This document shows, one piece after another, positions 16,050 to 25,319 of a stretch of DNA of 47,379 bases (positions within the stretch are counted from its first letter, which is position 1; each line of letters starts with the position of its first letter). Location: positions 1-47,379 of the IMG/VR virus record IMGVR_UViG_3300048579_000158, one strand, 5' to 3'. The translations under genes and the position numbers were made by a program. The notes below the pieces were generated by a model. The model searched no databases and had not been told where the DNA came from. It was given only the letters and a program-made list of their open reading frames with translations. The stretch comes from a virus (taxonomy: Duplodnaviria; Caudoviricetes).

Positions 16050-16889
16050 CTAATCACTCTCTGGCAGCGGGATGATATCCCGCACAGCGACTATCCTGTA
16101 CGCTACTGGTCGGCCCTGAAGCTTTTCCATGTACAAGTCCACGAAGAAGCCCTTTTTGTAGACGTTCTTTTCATCTTCCCTGATTTCGCCCTCGATCCGC
16201 TCCCGCGCCATATCGGTCTCAAACGTGATGGCAATTGGCTTGGGATGAATGCTTTCTATCAGGCCCTGAAGCTCCGTTTTTCGACCGGTCTCAGAGGCTT
16301 TTACCGTCGTTCGAACGAAGACCATCATTCTATTTTCAAACAGTTCGTGGGAGGGAAGGTCCAACGCTGCCTTCTGAATCTGCAGCGTTTCTTTTGCCTT
16401 CTTCGCTCCAGCCGTGTCGAACTCTATGTTGAAGCGCGTTGTGGTCTTAGTCTTGTGATACTCGACAGAGGAGATCTGGGACGTTCCGTTGGGGTCATTG
16501 GCGATGAGGGTTACAGCGCCCATCAAGTCCTTGATTTCTCCCTTCGATATGTCCTCCTTCTTATCACCTTGAGCGTAGCTGAGCAGAAGGCCGCCGAAGC
16601 GGCGAACAAAGCCGTCAACGATCAAGACCCGATCGATGTTCTCAATGAGGGGCAAGATCACCGGGATCAATTCTACGACGATTGACCCGTGCCGGATATC
16701 CTTGACGAACAGTCGCGCATCACCCTTCAGGTTTGGATGCTCGCGCCGGATATAGTGCTCAAATTGGCTCGCAACGGCGGAAAATGCCCCGACGAGATCA
16801 ACCAAATCGGCTGGCTTCTCTAGGTCAAGACGCAGTTCTACAAACGACGTTCCCTCGGTCATAAGCTCAGCATACGCACCCTGAGGCAT
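16050..16889 (-). CDS. Hypothetical lower-GC moron protein
   Basis: 279-aa ORF, visibly more AT-rich than its flanks. Confidence 0.8.
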   Translation of the reverse strand: MPQGAYAELMTEGTSFVELRLDLEKPADLVDLVGAFSAVASQFEHYIRREHPNLKGDARLFVKDIRHGSIVVELIPVILPLIENIDRVLIVDGFVRRFGGLLLSYAQGDKKEDISKGEIKDLMGAVTLIANDPNGTSQISSVEYHKTKTTTRFNIEFDTAGAKKAKETLQIQKAALDLPSHELFENRMMVFVRTTVKASETGRKTELQGLIESIHPKPIAITFETDMARERIEGEIREDEKNVYKKGFFVDLYMEKLQGRPVAYRIVAVRDIIPLPESD

Positions 16890-16969
16890 TTGTCACCTCA
16901 GGTCGTATGCTTGTTGCATCTGCACGCGTGCCCCGATTACCTCATCGCTCATGTCCAAGGGAGTTTTGC

Positions 16970-17149
16970 TCACAGCAGCCCCGCTCCACTGACGATCAGA
17001 TCCCAGCGGCCGAATCCTATTCCGCAGATCCACCGCTGGCCGCCGGTCACCGTCCGATATGTGGCGCACCGGCCGGGCTCTGGCCGCCACCAAATGCCGA
17101 TCACAAAGTCACCTATCCACACTCGCCATTTGGGTCCCGCTTGCCTCAC
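16970..17149 (-). CDS. Small Trp-rich hypothetical protein
   Basis: GTGA coupling at both ends. Confidence 0.5.
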   Translation of the reverse strand: MRQAGPKWRVWIGDFVIGIWWRPEPGRCATYRTVTGGQRWICGIGFGRWDLIVSGAGLL

Positions 17150-17388
17150 TGCACCCTCACCCCGATAGCCCTCTGCTGCTCGATCTCGTCCTCGAGCGTG
17201 CGCGGCAGGTTCTCGTCGTCGATCACGCGCTGCAGCTTGATCTCGATACCGGCAACGACGGACCAGCTCGGCCCGCGCTCCATGATCACGCCGAGGTCCT
17301 CGAACTCCTCGAACTCCTCGAACTCGACGGCCTGCACCGTCGTCCCGTCGCGCGTGCGATAGGTGATATTGGCAATCCAGCGCTTCAC
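17146..17388 (-). CDS. Hypothetical protein
   Basis: GGGAGG RBS with GTG start; 9-bp tandem repeat encoding EFEEFEEFE. Confidence 0.65.
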   Translation of the reverse strand: MKRWIANITYRTRDGTTVQAVEFEEFEEFEDLGVIMERGPSWSVVAGIEIKLQRVIDDENLPRTLEDEIEQQRAIGVRVQ

Positions 17389-17702
17389 AAGCGTTGCCTC
17401 CCTGGCCGCAACAAGTCCATGCATCGCTTGCACTTCGGATACGTGCCGACACCGAAAAGTGCGTTCTGCCCGTTCCAGATTTTGAGCGGAGCAGCGACAC
17501 CGCAAAGTGAGAGGTAACCGGTCGCTTTGCGAACGAAGAAGTGCCCGCGCTTAGAAGGTTTTAACGCCCCGCGCTGGTCAGCTAACGAGATCCCCCAGCC
17601 ATCGGAGAAACCGTGCGGCAGCTCGTCGCCCGAGCATCTGAAGCCTTCTTTGGGCCTCAGCGGAACAACATTCGACACAACCGCCCCCTTGCTCGAGATC
17701 AA
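17385..17702 (-). CDS. Small His/Cys Zn-binding-like protein
   Basis: GHF...SLCG...CKRC. Confidence 0.6.
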   Translation of the reverse strand: MISSKGAVVSNVVPLRPKEGFRCSGDELPHGFSDGWGISLADQRGALKPSKRGHFFVRKATGYLSLCGVAAPLKIWNGQNALFGVGTYPKCKRCMDLLRPGRQRL

Positions 17703-19036
17703 TCCTTGAACGGGTCAAACTCACCCTCGCCCGCCATGGCGACGCCGAACGGCCGAAGGCGATGCACGATGCGGGTGGAACCGAAATGATGCGGCAGCAC
17801 CTCGTCGAGCCGGCGATACGCCATCGGGCTCTCGTCGAGATCGGCCCCCGCCAGCGTTACGCCGCGCTCCCGCAACCAGGCATCCATCTCCTCCCGCGAG
17901 AACCGCCTCTTGGCCTCTTTCCGGCCGAACAGGCGCCCAGCGCCGTGCACCGTCGAATAGAGGCTACGGCGCGCCTCGTCGCCATCGACGCCTTCGACGA
18001 TCACCGCGTCGTCACCCATCGAGCCGCCAATAAAGCTGCGCTGACCGGGGAAACAGGGCGTCGCGCCTTTGCGCACGACCCAGAGATCGCGGTCGCCATG
18101 CCGCTCGCGCCACGCAAAATTGTGATGGTTGTGCACGGTGCCGAGCACCATCCCGCCGATAATCTGGCGCACGCGCTCGACCACCCATTCACGCCCTGCG
18201 TAGGCATAGCGCCCCGCGAGTTGCATGGCCGCTATGTAGCGCTGGCCGATCTCGCTCGCCTCATCGACCACCGCCGGCGGCACATTGATACCGTCCCGTC
18301 CCCCGGCGGCTTTGAGATAGCGCGTCGAGCTGGTGTGGCCGAGCCCGCGCGATCCGAAGTGCACGCCGATCCAGACGTGCCCCTCCTCATCGCGCATGAG
18401 GTCAACGTAGTGATTGCCGCTGCCGACGGTCCCGAGCTGGCTCTCCGCTTTCTTTCGGTAGGCGTCCATGTCGGACTCGCGCCACGCGTCCGCGTCATCG
18501 AACAGCGCATGCTCGACGCGCTCGGCGTTGCTGCGCCCGATGCCGAACGAGATCGTCCGCGCAACATCCTGCATGATCGGGCCGACGCGGTCCTTGATCG
18601 CCTCGTACGGCGTATCGAGGCGTACGGCCATGTTTCCGCACCCGATATCGAAACCCACGCCAGAGATCGAAATCTGGCCTTCGTAGGCGATCACACCGCC
18701 CACCGGCTGCGCATAACCGAGATGTCCATCGGCACAGATGACGCCGGCCACCACGTTGCCGACGCCCATGCAGGTGCGCATCTGGTCGATCGTGCTCTCG
18801 GCATGCGTCCCGAAAACGGAAAGCGGACTGTTCTGATAGGCTGCTGCCTGCGGCGGGCTCTGCGCCACGGCCTCGGCGGCCTCCCTGCGGAGGTGCTCCT
18901 CCCGCGCCGCATCCCGGAACGTGCACCAGGTCGGGATCGGGCGAAGACCAGGACGCTCGATCCTGTCATCGGGATTGAGCCCAGCCGCGATCGCCAGTTC
19001 ACGCGCCCGCTCCTGATATGGGTCTTTTCTGGTCAT
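17699..19036 (-). CDS. rtcB: RtcB family RNA ligase
   Basis: DGHLG, PVG, DIGCG, GSGNHY, HFGSRG, HHN, RKGA, GSMG, HGAGR, DESP.AY. Confidence 0.96.
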   Translation of the reverse strand: MTRKDPYQERARELAIAAGLNPDDRIERPGLRPIPTWCTFRDAAREEHLRREAAEAVAQSPPQAAAYQNSPLSVFGTHAESTIDQMRTCMGVGNVVAGVICADGHLGYAQPVGGVIAYEGQISISGVGFDIGCGNMAVRLDTPYEAIKDRVGPIMQDVARTISFGIGRSNAERVEHALFDDADAWRESDMDAYRKKAESQLGTVGSGNHYVDLMRDEEGHVWIGVHFGSRGLGHTSSTRYLKAAGGRDGINVPPAVVDEASEIGQRYIAAMQLAGRYAYAGREWVVERVRQIIGGMVLGTVHNHHNFAWRERHGDRDLWVVRKGATPCFPGQRSFIGGSMGDDAVIVEGVDGDEARRSLYSTVHGAGRLFGRKEAKRRFSREEMDAWLRERGVTLAGADLDESPMAYRRLDEVLPHHFGSTRIVHRLRPFGVAMAGEGEFDPFKD

Positions 19037-19683
19037 CGGCTTTCCCCTCTCGTCCGCTTCCCTCGTAGCTTCTCGTTCACGGCATGCTTGAGCTTGGCGA
19101 TCGCCAAAATCGCGGGCTTCACTTCAGGCTCAGCGCTGTCGTAGTCGATCCCGTATCGCCCGCCGAGATGCGGCAGCATCGCTCGCGGGATGGCTTGCCA
19201 GTTGGACGGATCGGTGTTGGTTCGGTCCCCATCGAGACATTTCAGGCACATGCCATCCGGCAACGGTCCATGCTTATGCTCCCAGAGATACTTGTGCTTC
19301 AGCACGTATCTCCGCTCGAACCCGGTATGCGGATTGACCGCATCGATACTGATCTCGACGTAGCCGTCCTTCGAGACACGCTCGTGCCCAAGGTACTTGG
19401 TGTTGTGCGGCAGGTTGCCCTTTTTGAACCGCGTCGCGGCGCTGTTCGGATGAAAGGGCATCTTCTTGCCCTTGTTGGCGGGCGGATTGCCAGGGGCAAA
19501 CCGACCGGTGCGCCCGGTCACCCAGCCGTTGCGCTTGCAGAGCGCGTTGAAGTTCTGCAGCGTGAGTGTGGCTCGGCCAAACCGAACAACGAAGGCGGCA
19601 TGGGCGGCCCTCCTATCCTCTCGGCAGTGCGCTTCGATCCACGCCAATTCCTCAGCGCTGTAGGTGATGCGGTGTCCCTTCAT
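19033..19683 (-). CDS. HNH endonuclease with N-terminal F-x-x-G-N repeats
   Basis: RFAPGN/RFKKGNLPHN, DGYVEI, HKYLWE..HGP, DGDRTNTDPSNW. Confidence 0.85.
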   Translation of the reverse strand: MKGHRITYSAEELAWIEAHCREDRRAAHAAFVVRFGRATLTLQNFNALCKRNGWVTGRTGRFAPGNPPANKGKKMPFHPNSAATRFKKGNLPHNTKYLGHERVSKDGYVEISIDAVNPHTGFERRYVLKHKYLWEHKHGPLPDGMCLKCLDGDRTNTDPSNWQAIPRAMLPHLGGRYGIDYDSAEPEVKPAILAIAKLKHAVNEKLRGKRTRGESR

Positions 19684-19922
19684 TCCGCAGACCGCCGCTC
19701 GATCATCGGCAGGTATCGGCCGATGTACTCCCCCTGCTCCGCAACCAGCTTGGCCGCCTTCAGCGCGAGGTCCGCGTTCTGCACAATCTGCTGGCTGACC
19801 GAGACGACGGCCTGTGTCCGCAGCACCTCCGCCTCAATTTGCTCCTTCGTCATCCCTTCTTCGCTCAACCGCTCGAGCTGCGCGAAAAGATGGTTGTTCA
19901 GGTCCGAAAGTTTGTTCTTCAC
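19680..19922 (-). CDS. Conserved phage protein that typically precedes this HNH
   Basis: KNKLSDLNNHLFAQLERL; GGAG RBS with GTG start. Confidence 0.8.
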   Translation of the reverse strand: MKNKLSDLNNHLFAQLERLSEEGMTKEQIEAEVLRTQAVVSVSQQIVQNADLALKAAKLVAEQGEYIGRYLPMIERRSAE

Positions 19923-19923
19923 G

Positions 19924-20271
19924 TCACTCTCCAGAATTCGATGCATATCGGCCCCAGCGCCGCCGGCTACGCACACCATTCGAACGGCTCGACCTGGCCG
20001 GGCATCCTCGACCCGTCGGGGAGATCGACCGCGTATCGCAGGTCCCACGTCCAAAAGGTTCTGTCCTGCCCGCCGATGCGGAACCGGCGGGACAGCCAGC
20101 CCGCACGACCTGTCGCTCTGCGACGCGCAGGTAAACGTGCTCGTGCGGCTCCTGCAGCGTGACGATCGGCCGGAAGCCGCGCGCCGCCACGGTCTCGAAG
20201 TGATCCAGCGGCAACCCCATCTCCAACAGGGTCAACGCGTCGATCGCCGCGCTCGAAAGGTCGTTCCGCAT
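19924..20271 (-). CDS. Hypothetical protein
   Basis: GAGGAGGGAG RBS. Confidence 0.45.
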   Translation of the reverse strand: MRNDLSSAAIDALTLLEMGLPLDHFETVAARGFRPIVTLQEPHEHVYLRVAERQVVRAGCPAGSASAGRTEPFGRGTCDTRSISPTGRGCPARSSRSNGVRSRRRWGRYASNSGE

Positions 20272-20287
20272 GACGTGCTCTCCCTCC

Positions 20288-20494
20288 TCAGAACAGCGCC
20301 AACTGCGTCGCGGCCTGCGCCGGACGGTCAACCGCCTCCGCCCGCCGGACGCTCACGCGCGCCCGTGGGTAGTATTCAATCCGCTCCTTCGTCCGGTGGC
20401 CTCCGACAGCGCACCAGCCGCCCTGGCTTAAGCCGTGACCGGCGCCATAGCCGTGCTTCGTCGCACAGTCCCGGCATGCCCACGCGCCGCTCAT
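20288..20494 (-). CDS. Small Cys/His hypothetical protein
   Basis: ATGA coupling; CRDC...WC. Confidence 0.5.
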   Translation of the reverse strand: MSGAWACRDCATKHGYGAGHGLSQGGWCAVGGHRTKERIEYYPRARVSVRRAEAVDRPAQAATQLALF

Positions 20495-21093
20495 TGCAGC
20501 GCCTCCGCCGCACCCTTCCGGACGACCTCCGTTGTCAGAACCGGAGTTTCCGGCTCGAGCACGAGCGTCCTGAACGGCCCGCGCACACCCGCGCTGAACG
20601 CTTCGGCCGCCTCGAGCGCTTTCGTTATCCTGACGGGTGGCGGCAATCCCCATGTCGAATGCAGCGACCCCAGCGCGATGCTGTCACCGCACCCGCAGGC
20701 AGCGTAGGAGACCATCTGCTCTGCGACCTGGTAGTCACCCTCGACGGTGAAAAGACGTCCAGCGTATCCGACCAGAAACGTGCCGCCTCGCTCTGCCTCC
20801 TTTTCTTTTTCGGCGAAGCCACCCTTCTTGAGGCAATCCCGAACGGCATCGACAAATGTCGTGACCATGAACTCGAACACGTCCTGCGTCGGCTCCCGCA
20901 GAGGCACATGAAGCGCGTGCATGAGGAGTTGCCCCATGCGGAATGACGCGGTGAAACCTATGATGAAGGGGCCGCGCAGAAACACCTTCGCATCGGCTCT
21001 CACGGTGAGTGCCAACCGATGGCTCTCGACACCGGCGCTATCCGCTCCGATGTAGACCCGGTCGCTCTCGACCAATCCCACAATGCAGGTCAT
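20491..21093 (-). CDS. Ntn-hydrolase (proteasome beta/HslV-like) protein
   Basis: MTCIVG..IGADS, KVF, ACGCG...ALGSL, ALEAA...VRGPF. Confidence 0.75.
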   Translation of the reverse strand: MTCIVGLVESDRVYIGADSAGVESHRLALTVRADAKVFLRGPFIIGFTASFRMGQLLMHALHVPLREPTQDVFEFMVTTFVDAVRDCLKKGGFAEKEKEAERGGTFLVGYAGRLFTVEGDYQVAEQMVSYAACGCGDSIALGSLHSTWGLPPPVRITKALEAAEAFSAGVRGPFRTLVLEPETPVLTTEVVRKGAAEALQ

Positions 21094-21098
21094 CGCGA

Positions 21099-21383
21099 TC
21101 ACTCCACCGCTTCGAGTTGCCGAGATGCGCCGAAGGCAGGGTCCTCACGGGGCGGCACTTCGCGCCTCTCATCCTCGATCGACCTGCCGCCGCGCCCGAG
21201 GCCGTCCCGATAGAGCAGCCGTTCCGGCACGCCAAGGCGGCCGGCGTAGACGAGAACCTCCGCAACCGTAATACCGTGGATCCGGCCGATGTCCGCAGGC
21301 GGCATGCCGTCCACGTAGAGCCAGCCTGGGCTCCGCTCCTCGTCCGGTGTTGCGGTAACTTTCTTGGATGCTTTCCTCTTCAC
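21099..21383 (-). CDS. Small HTH-like protein
   Basis: LYVDGMPPADIGRIHGITVAEV. Confidence 0.55.
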   Translation of the reverse strand: MKRKASKKVTATPDEERSPGWLYVDGMPPADIGRIHGITVAEVLVYAGRLGVPERLLYRDGLGRGGRSIEDERREVPPREDPAFGASRQLEAVE

Positions 21384-22720
21384 AGAAGCTCTCCCTGCTC
21401 TTCGCGCTTTTTCTTCACCACCTTCGAGATCTCGCGAACGAGATCCGGCTCACGCGCTACAAAATCGACCGCCGCCTGAATACGCCGGCGGGCAATGTCA
21501 AAATATTTCGGAGACTGCTCGCAGCCGACGAACGCAAACCCTTCGCGCACTGCTGCGATTCCGGTGGTGCCAGATCCCATGAACGGATCGAGCACCGTGC
21601 CGCCTGGCGGCGTGACGAGCCGGCAGAGCCACCGCATGAGGTCGATCGGCTTAACGGTCGGATGGATGTTGGCGCGCGCGGTCATGGCGCCAAGCGTTCC
21701 CGCGTGGCGGTCCGGCGTCGGCTCCTCGAGCCCGAACTCGCGTTCGTCCCGGCCGGCCTTTGCGGAATAGTAGAATCGGGTGGCGTCCCGCGCCGATGCC
21801 GGGAAAGCTTCGAGGACCTCGCGCGAGCCGTCGTGCATCACATTGGAAGGCCACCGGCCGGCGCCGGAGCTTTCATGCTCGATGGACTTGAGCCCGGAAA
21901 AATAGGGGTCGGCCTTTGACTTTTGCTTGCCGACTGCGCGGGTGCCGCCGTCAGTGCCGACGAGCGTGCCTCCCACGTTCACAGCACCCGTACTCCAGCG
22001 CATGACGTTGGCCGCCACGGTTGCCTCCGAGAGCGGCGCGCGCGCCAGGCACACGGGCTCATGGGCGGGCTTCAGCGCCGTGCCCCAGCCCTCCCAGCGC
22101 GTGCCGGCGTCGCCCTGTGTTGCCGCCCCGATGTTGTGGTTCTTCGGAAACCCGCTGCCGTAGATCCACTCCAGCATCCCGCCGAATCCACGCTCCTCCA
22201 TCAGGCGCAGGAACGTCTCGCGCTGGCTGGCATCGAGCGTCGCGAGAAATTCCTGCATGCGCGGAGCGTCCGCGAGAAAGTGGGCGAACTGGTCCCGAAC
22301 TTCGAACCCCGCGAGATCGATCGCCATGGCGATGCGGTGGTAGGTTCGGCTGCCGGCGAAGGCGATGAGGTGCGCACCCGGTTTGAGCGCAATGCGAACG
22401 CCGCCCCAGGTCTCCCAAGCCGCGGCCACGCCGCTCGAGTCCCAGTCCTTGCCCATGATGCCGAGCTCGTAAGGCGGGTCACAGCAGCAGGCGTCAAGGT
22501 CTCGCAGCAGCGGCGTGATTTTCGTGCAGTCGCCGAGGTACAGCGTGCAGCGGCCGACCTGGCGGACATCGTCGACGATCGGGCTCGCCCCGATTTCCTT
22601 GGCGTTGTCCGGTTCCGGGAGAATGCGCCCGCTCCGAACGCCCTCGAGGCGAATGGCAGCGAGGTTCAGATCCTCCCGCGTCTCGGCGCGCTTCCGCGGC
22701 GGCTTACGCTTCTTCTTCAC
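21380..22720 (-). CDS. DNA amino-methyltransferase (N6A/N4C, beta class)
   Basis: DPPY, HPTVKP, VLDPFMGSGTTG. Confidence 0.92.
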   Translation of the reverse strand: MKKKRKPPRKRAETREDLNLAAIRLEGVRSGRILPEPDNAKEIGASPIVDDVRQVGRCTLYLGDCTKITPLLRDLDACCCDPPYELGIMGKDWDSSGVAAAWETWGGVRIALKPGAHLIAFAGSRTYHRIAMAIDLAGFEVRDQFAHFLADAPRMQEFLATLDASQRETFLRLMEERGFGGMLEWIYGSGFPKNHNIGAATQGDAGTRWEGWGTALKPAHEPVCLARAPLSEATVAANVMRWSTGAVNVGGTLVGTDGGTRAVGKQKSKADPYFSGLKSIEHESSGAGRWPSNVMHDGSREVLEAFPASARDATRFYYSAKAGRDEREFGLEEPTPDRHAGTLGAMTARANIHPTVKPIDLMRWLCRLVTPPGGTVLDPFMGSGTTGIAAVREGFAFVGCEQSPKYFDIARRRIQAAVDFVAREPDLVREISKVVKKKREEQGELL

Positions 22721-23205
22721 AACAACACCTCCTGCCTTGGTCCCACTGGTGCGGCGGCTGCGGCAGGCTTAGGCAGCATCCATCGCGCGGGCGCCGCGGG
22801 ATTGCCGGCTTCGATTGCCTGCCATTTGAAAAAGCCCAGGGCGCCGGCGCATGGGATGAAGTTGCAAGGGCGCGGGTCACGCAGCACGAGCGCGCGCGGA
22901 CCAAAGAACCATGGACTCGGATACTGGCTGACGACGTCGACCACCTCGACGCTGCCGATGATACCGCCGCGCAGCAGGTCGCGCGCCGGCGGGCAAACGA
23001 CTCCGATGGTGTGCATGAAGCTGGCGGCCTGCAGGTACTCGTCCCTCGTCATTCCCTTGGAGGCATGAACGGCGACGCGCCCGCGAAATTTGAGGCCGGG
23101 GTTCGGCCGGCGCCAATCGCGGTTTTCCACCGGCTTGCCGGCATGGATGATGCCCCACGTCCACGGCTGGCGGACAGAGAGCGCGATGTCGGGGAAATCC
23201 TTCAT
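22717..23205 (-). CDS. ASCH domain protein
   Basis: ALSVRQPW...GKPVENR, GGIIGSV, G.LGFF. Confidence 0.88.
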   Translation of the reverse strand: MKDFPDIALSVRQPWTWGIIHAGKPVENRDWRRPNPGLKFRGRVAVHASKGMTRDEYLQAASFMHTIGVVCPPARDLLRGGIIGSVEVVDVVSQYPSPWFFGPRALVLRDPRPCNFIPCAGALGFFKWQAIEAGNPAAPARWMLPKPAAAAAPVGPRQEVLL

Positions 23206-23474
23206 GTCAGCACCGCGACCACGAGCGCCAGCAGGATGAGCCACGGCCAGGCCAGGAGCACGCCGGCGATGAGAGAGAGCGCCCAGAAGACCGTCACCGC
23301 GATCGCAAGGGCGCACCCCAACCCAAACCCGAGCCCGATCCAGCCTGTGAGACCGATGCCGCCCGCAGCGTCTGCACTGGAAACCCGCTTTTGGTGCTGC
23401 CGGTCTTGGCGCTCGGTTTCAGCGTGCGCGCTCCGGTTCGGCGGGATGATCTCTACGACGCGATGGCGGCTCAC
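23202..23474 (-). CDS. Small membrane protein
   Basis: Hydrophobic C-terminal half; coupled at both ends. Confidence 0.6.
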   Translation of the reverse strand: MSRHRVVEIIPPNRSAHAETERQDRQHQKRVSSADAAGGIGLTGWIGLGFGLGCALAIAVTVFWALSLIAGVLLAWPWLILLALVVAVLT

Positions 23475-23635
23475 TTCGTCCCCCTCTTCCACAGCGCTTC
23501 AATGCCGCGCCTGCATTTCGGATCTGGATTGCCGGCGCAGCGCTTTGCGGGCCGTTGATGCGGCGGGACCTTGTGGTTCCGTGGCGCGATGGCGGCACCT
23601 CGGCCGATCTGCCAATTGCGGTTCTGCTTGCTCAT
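23471..23635 (-). CDS. Small basic hypothetical protein
   Basis: Coupled at both ends. Confidence 0.45.
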   Translation of the reverse strand: MSKQNRNWQIGRGAAIAPRNHKVPPHQRPAKRCAGNPDPKCRRGIEALWKRGTK

Positions 23636-25317
23636 TTCAGCATCACCCAATCGGAGAGCCTGATCTCTCCACCCCGCTCGCGTGTTGCGATCTCTGGAGC
23701 CGTCAACTCCGAAATCAGGTTTCCAAAGTGGCCAGCGTCGGCGCGATAGCCGGTGGCCTCGCCCAGCGCGGCACGGGTCATGCCTTTCGGATACGCCTCG
23801 AACAGGACCTGCAAGAGCTTTCCCGCCGGTGCGCTCAGTTTCGGCATGATGCGCTCGAGCAGCCCTTTCGCAGTGAGGCGTATAGGAGGTGCGATTGCGT
23901 GGGCTCGCCCTTCGCCCGTCAGTGAGATGGTGCCCTTGCCGCGCTCGATCAGGCCCGCCGCCTCCATCTCTCCGAGGATGTTGCCAAAATGGCCAGCGTC
24001 CGCCCGATAGCGCGCGGCCCATCCGACCTGATGGCGGCCGGGGGTCTTCAGCCCGGCGGACTCGAGTAGAGCCAAGCCGTCGACGATGCGTTGAAACGGC
24101 TTACTCAGCGTCCCACGGCCCGTCGCGACGACATCATCCACTACGACTAGCTCCGCGCGGCTCCCACGGATCTCCCGAACGCGCGCGGCCCGCCCGGCCT
24201 CTTCTGACAAGGCGACCTCTGGCGGCTCTCCGTCCGCCGTCTCCCCGAGTTCTTCGAGCGCCTCATCGACGGCCTTGCGCGCTTCCTCAATCGCGAGCCG
24301 TCGCCCGTCGGCAACGCCCCGCGGGTATGCCAACGCCTCACAAGCGGCCCACCCGTCCCGGTACCCGGCTTTTCGCGCCGCATCGAGCGTAGCCGTATCG
24401 GCGACCGCAACCACGACATCGGTTGCCACGCGAGCCGTTTCGATTGCCGTGTGGCCTCTGTCGCTTGACGATTTGGCCTTTTCGCTTGTCACAGGGGCTG
24501 CCGCGAGCGCGGCCAGCCGGCCCAGCATGGCCTTCACCTTTGCCGGTGTTGCCGGCGCCGCGGCATCGCGGCGCCCCGGCTGCAGGTGCGTCGTGATCGG
24601 CGACGAGAACTTGTGCAGTCGCGGTTTCCCGCCGAACGCCGGGCCAACCACCCAGAATTCGTGCTTGAGCCCCATCATGCCCTTGGCTTCCGGGCTCGAG
24701 AGCGGGAAACCCAGCATGTCTGCCGCGGCGCGCCGGTCCAGGGATTGATCCACGCGGCCCATGATCCGGTTAGGGCACTGACCCAGGATGTCCTTCGAGA
24801 GCATCGAGAGCCTCTGCGTCGCAAAAAGGGCGCCGAACGGCCGTTTGCGGCCAGCCGTGGCCAGGTTGGTCAGCGGCTCGCTGCTCGCCACACTGCCGGC
24901 CTGGGGCGCATAGCGATGGGCCTCGTCCAGCGTCACGAGGACGGGATGCCAGAGAGCGCGCGGTGCGCTCATCAGGCCGGCCACGAACGCGGCGATGATG
25001 GCACGCTGGGCGGCAAGGCCCACATCGTTGAGCTGCACGATGGCTGAGACGCGCAGATCGAGCAGCCCGTGTGCCATGGCGGCCGCATTCTCGACCGTGA
25101 TCGGCGCATCGGCGTTCTCGCCCCCGATCAGGGCATAGTCGAATTTCTCGCGCAGGGTGTGCATCTCGTCTTCGACGTCGAGGACCAGGTGCTGCATCAG
25201 GCCGTGTGTCTCCTCCAGGATGCGGCGGAGCACGAACGTTTTCCCAGCGCCGCTTGCGCCTTGGATGATGGCACGCGACCCGATCAACTCGTCGGGGTGG
25301 GGAATATCCTTCGCCAT
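23632..25317 (-). CDS. HerA/FtsK-like (DUF87) ATPase with two C-terminal winged-helix repeats
   Basis: GASGAGKT, LDVEDE, LDEAH, ATQR; YRADAGHFGN present twice. Confidence 0.87.
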   Translation of the reverse strand: MAKDIPHPDELIGSRAIIQGASGAGKTFVLRRILEETHGLMQHLVLDVEDEMHTLREKFDYALIGGENADAPITVENAAAMAHGLLDLRVSAIVQLNDVGLAAQRAIIAAFVAGLMSAPRALWHPVLVTLDEAHRYAPQAGSVASSEPLTNLATAGRKRPFGALFATQRLSMLSKDILGQCPNRIMGRVDQSLDRRAAADMLGFPLSSPEAKGMMGLKHEFWVVGPAFGGKPRLHKFSSPITTHLQPGRRDAAAPATPAKVKAMLGRLAALAAAPVTSEKAKSSSDRGHTAIETARVATDVVVAVADTATLDAARKAGYRDGWAACEALAYPRGVADGRRLAIEEARKAVDEALEELGETADGEPPEVALSEEAGRAARVREIRGSRAELVVVDDVVATGRGTLSKPFQRIVDGLALLESAGLKTPGRHQVGWAARYRADAGHFGNILGEMEAAGLIERGKGTISLTGEGRAHAIAPPIRLTAKGLLERIMPKLSAPAGKLLQVLFEAYPKGMTRAALGEATGYRADAGHFGNLISELTAPEIATRERGGEIRLSDWVMLK

Positions 25318-25319
25318 GT

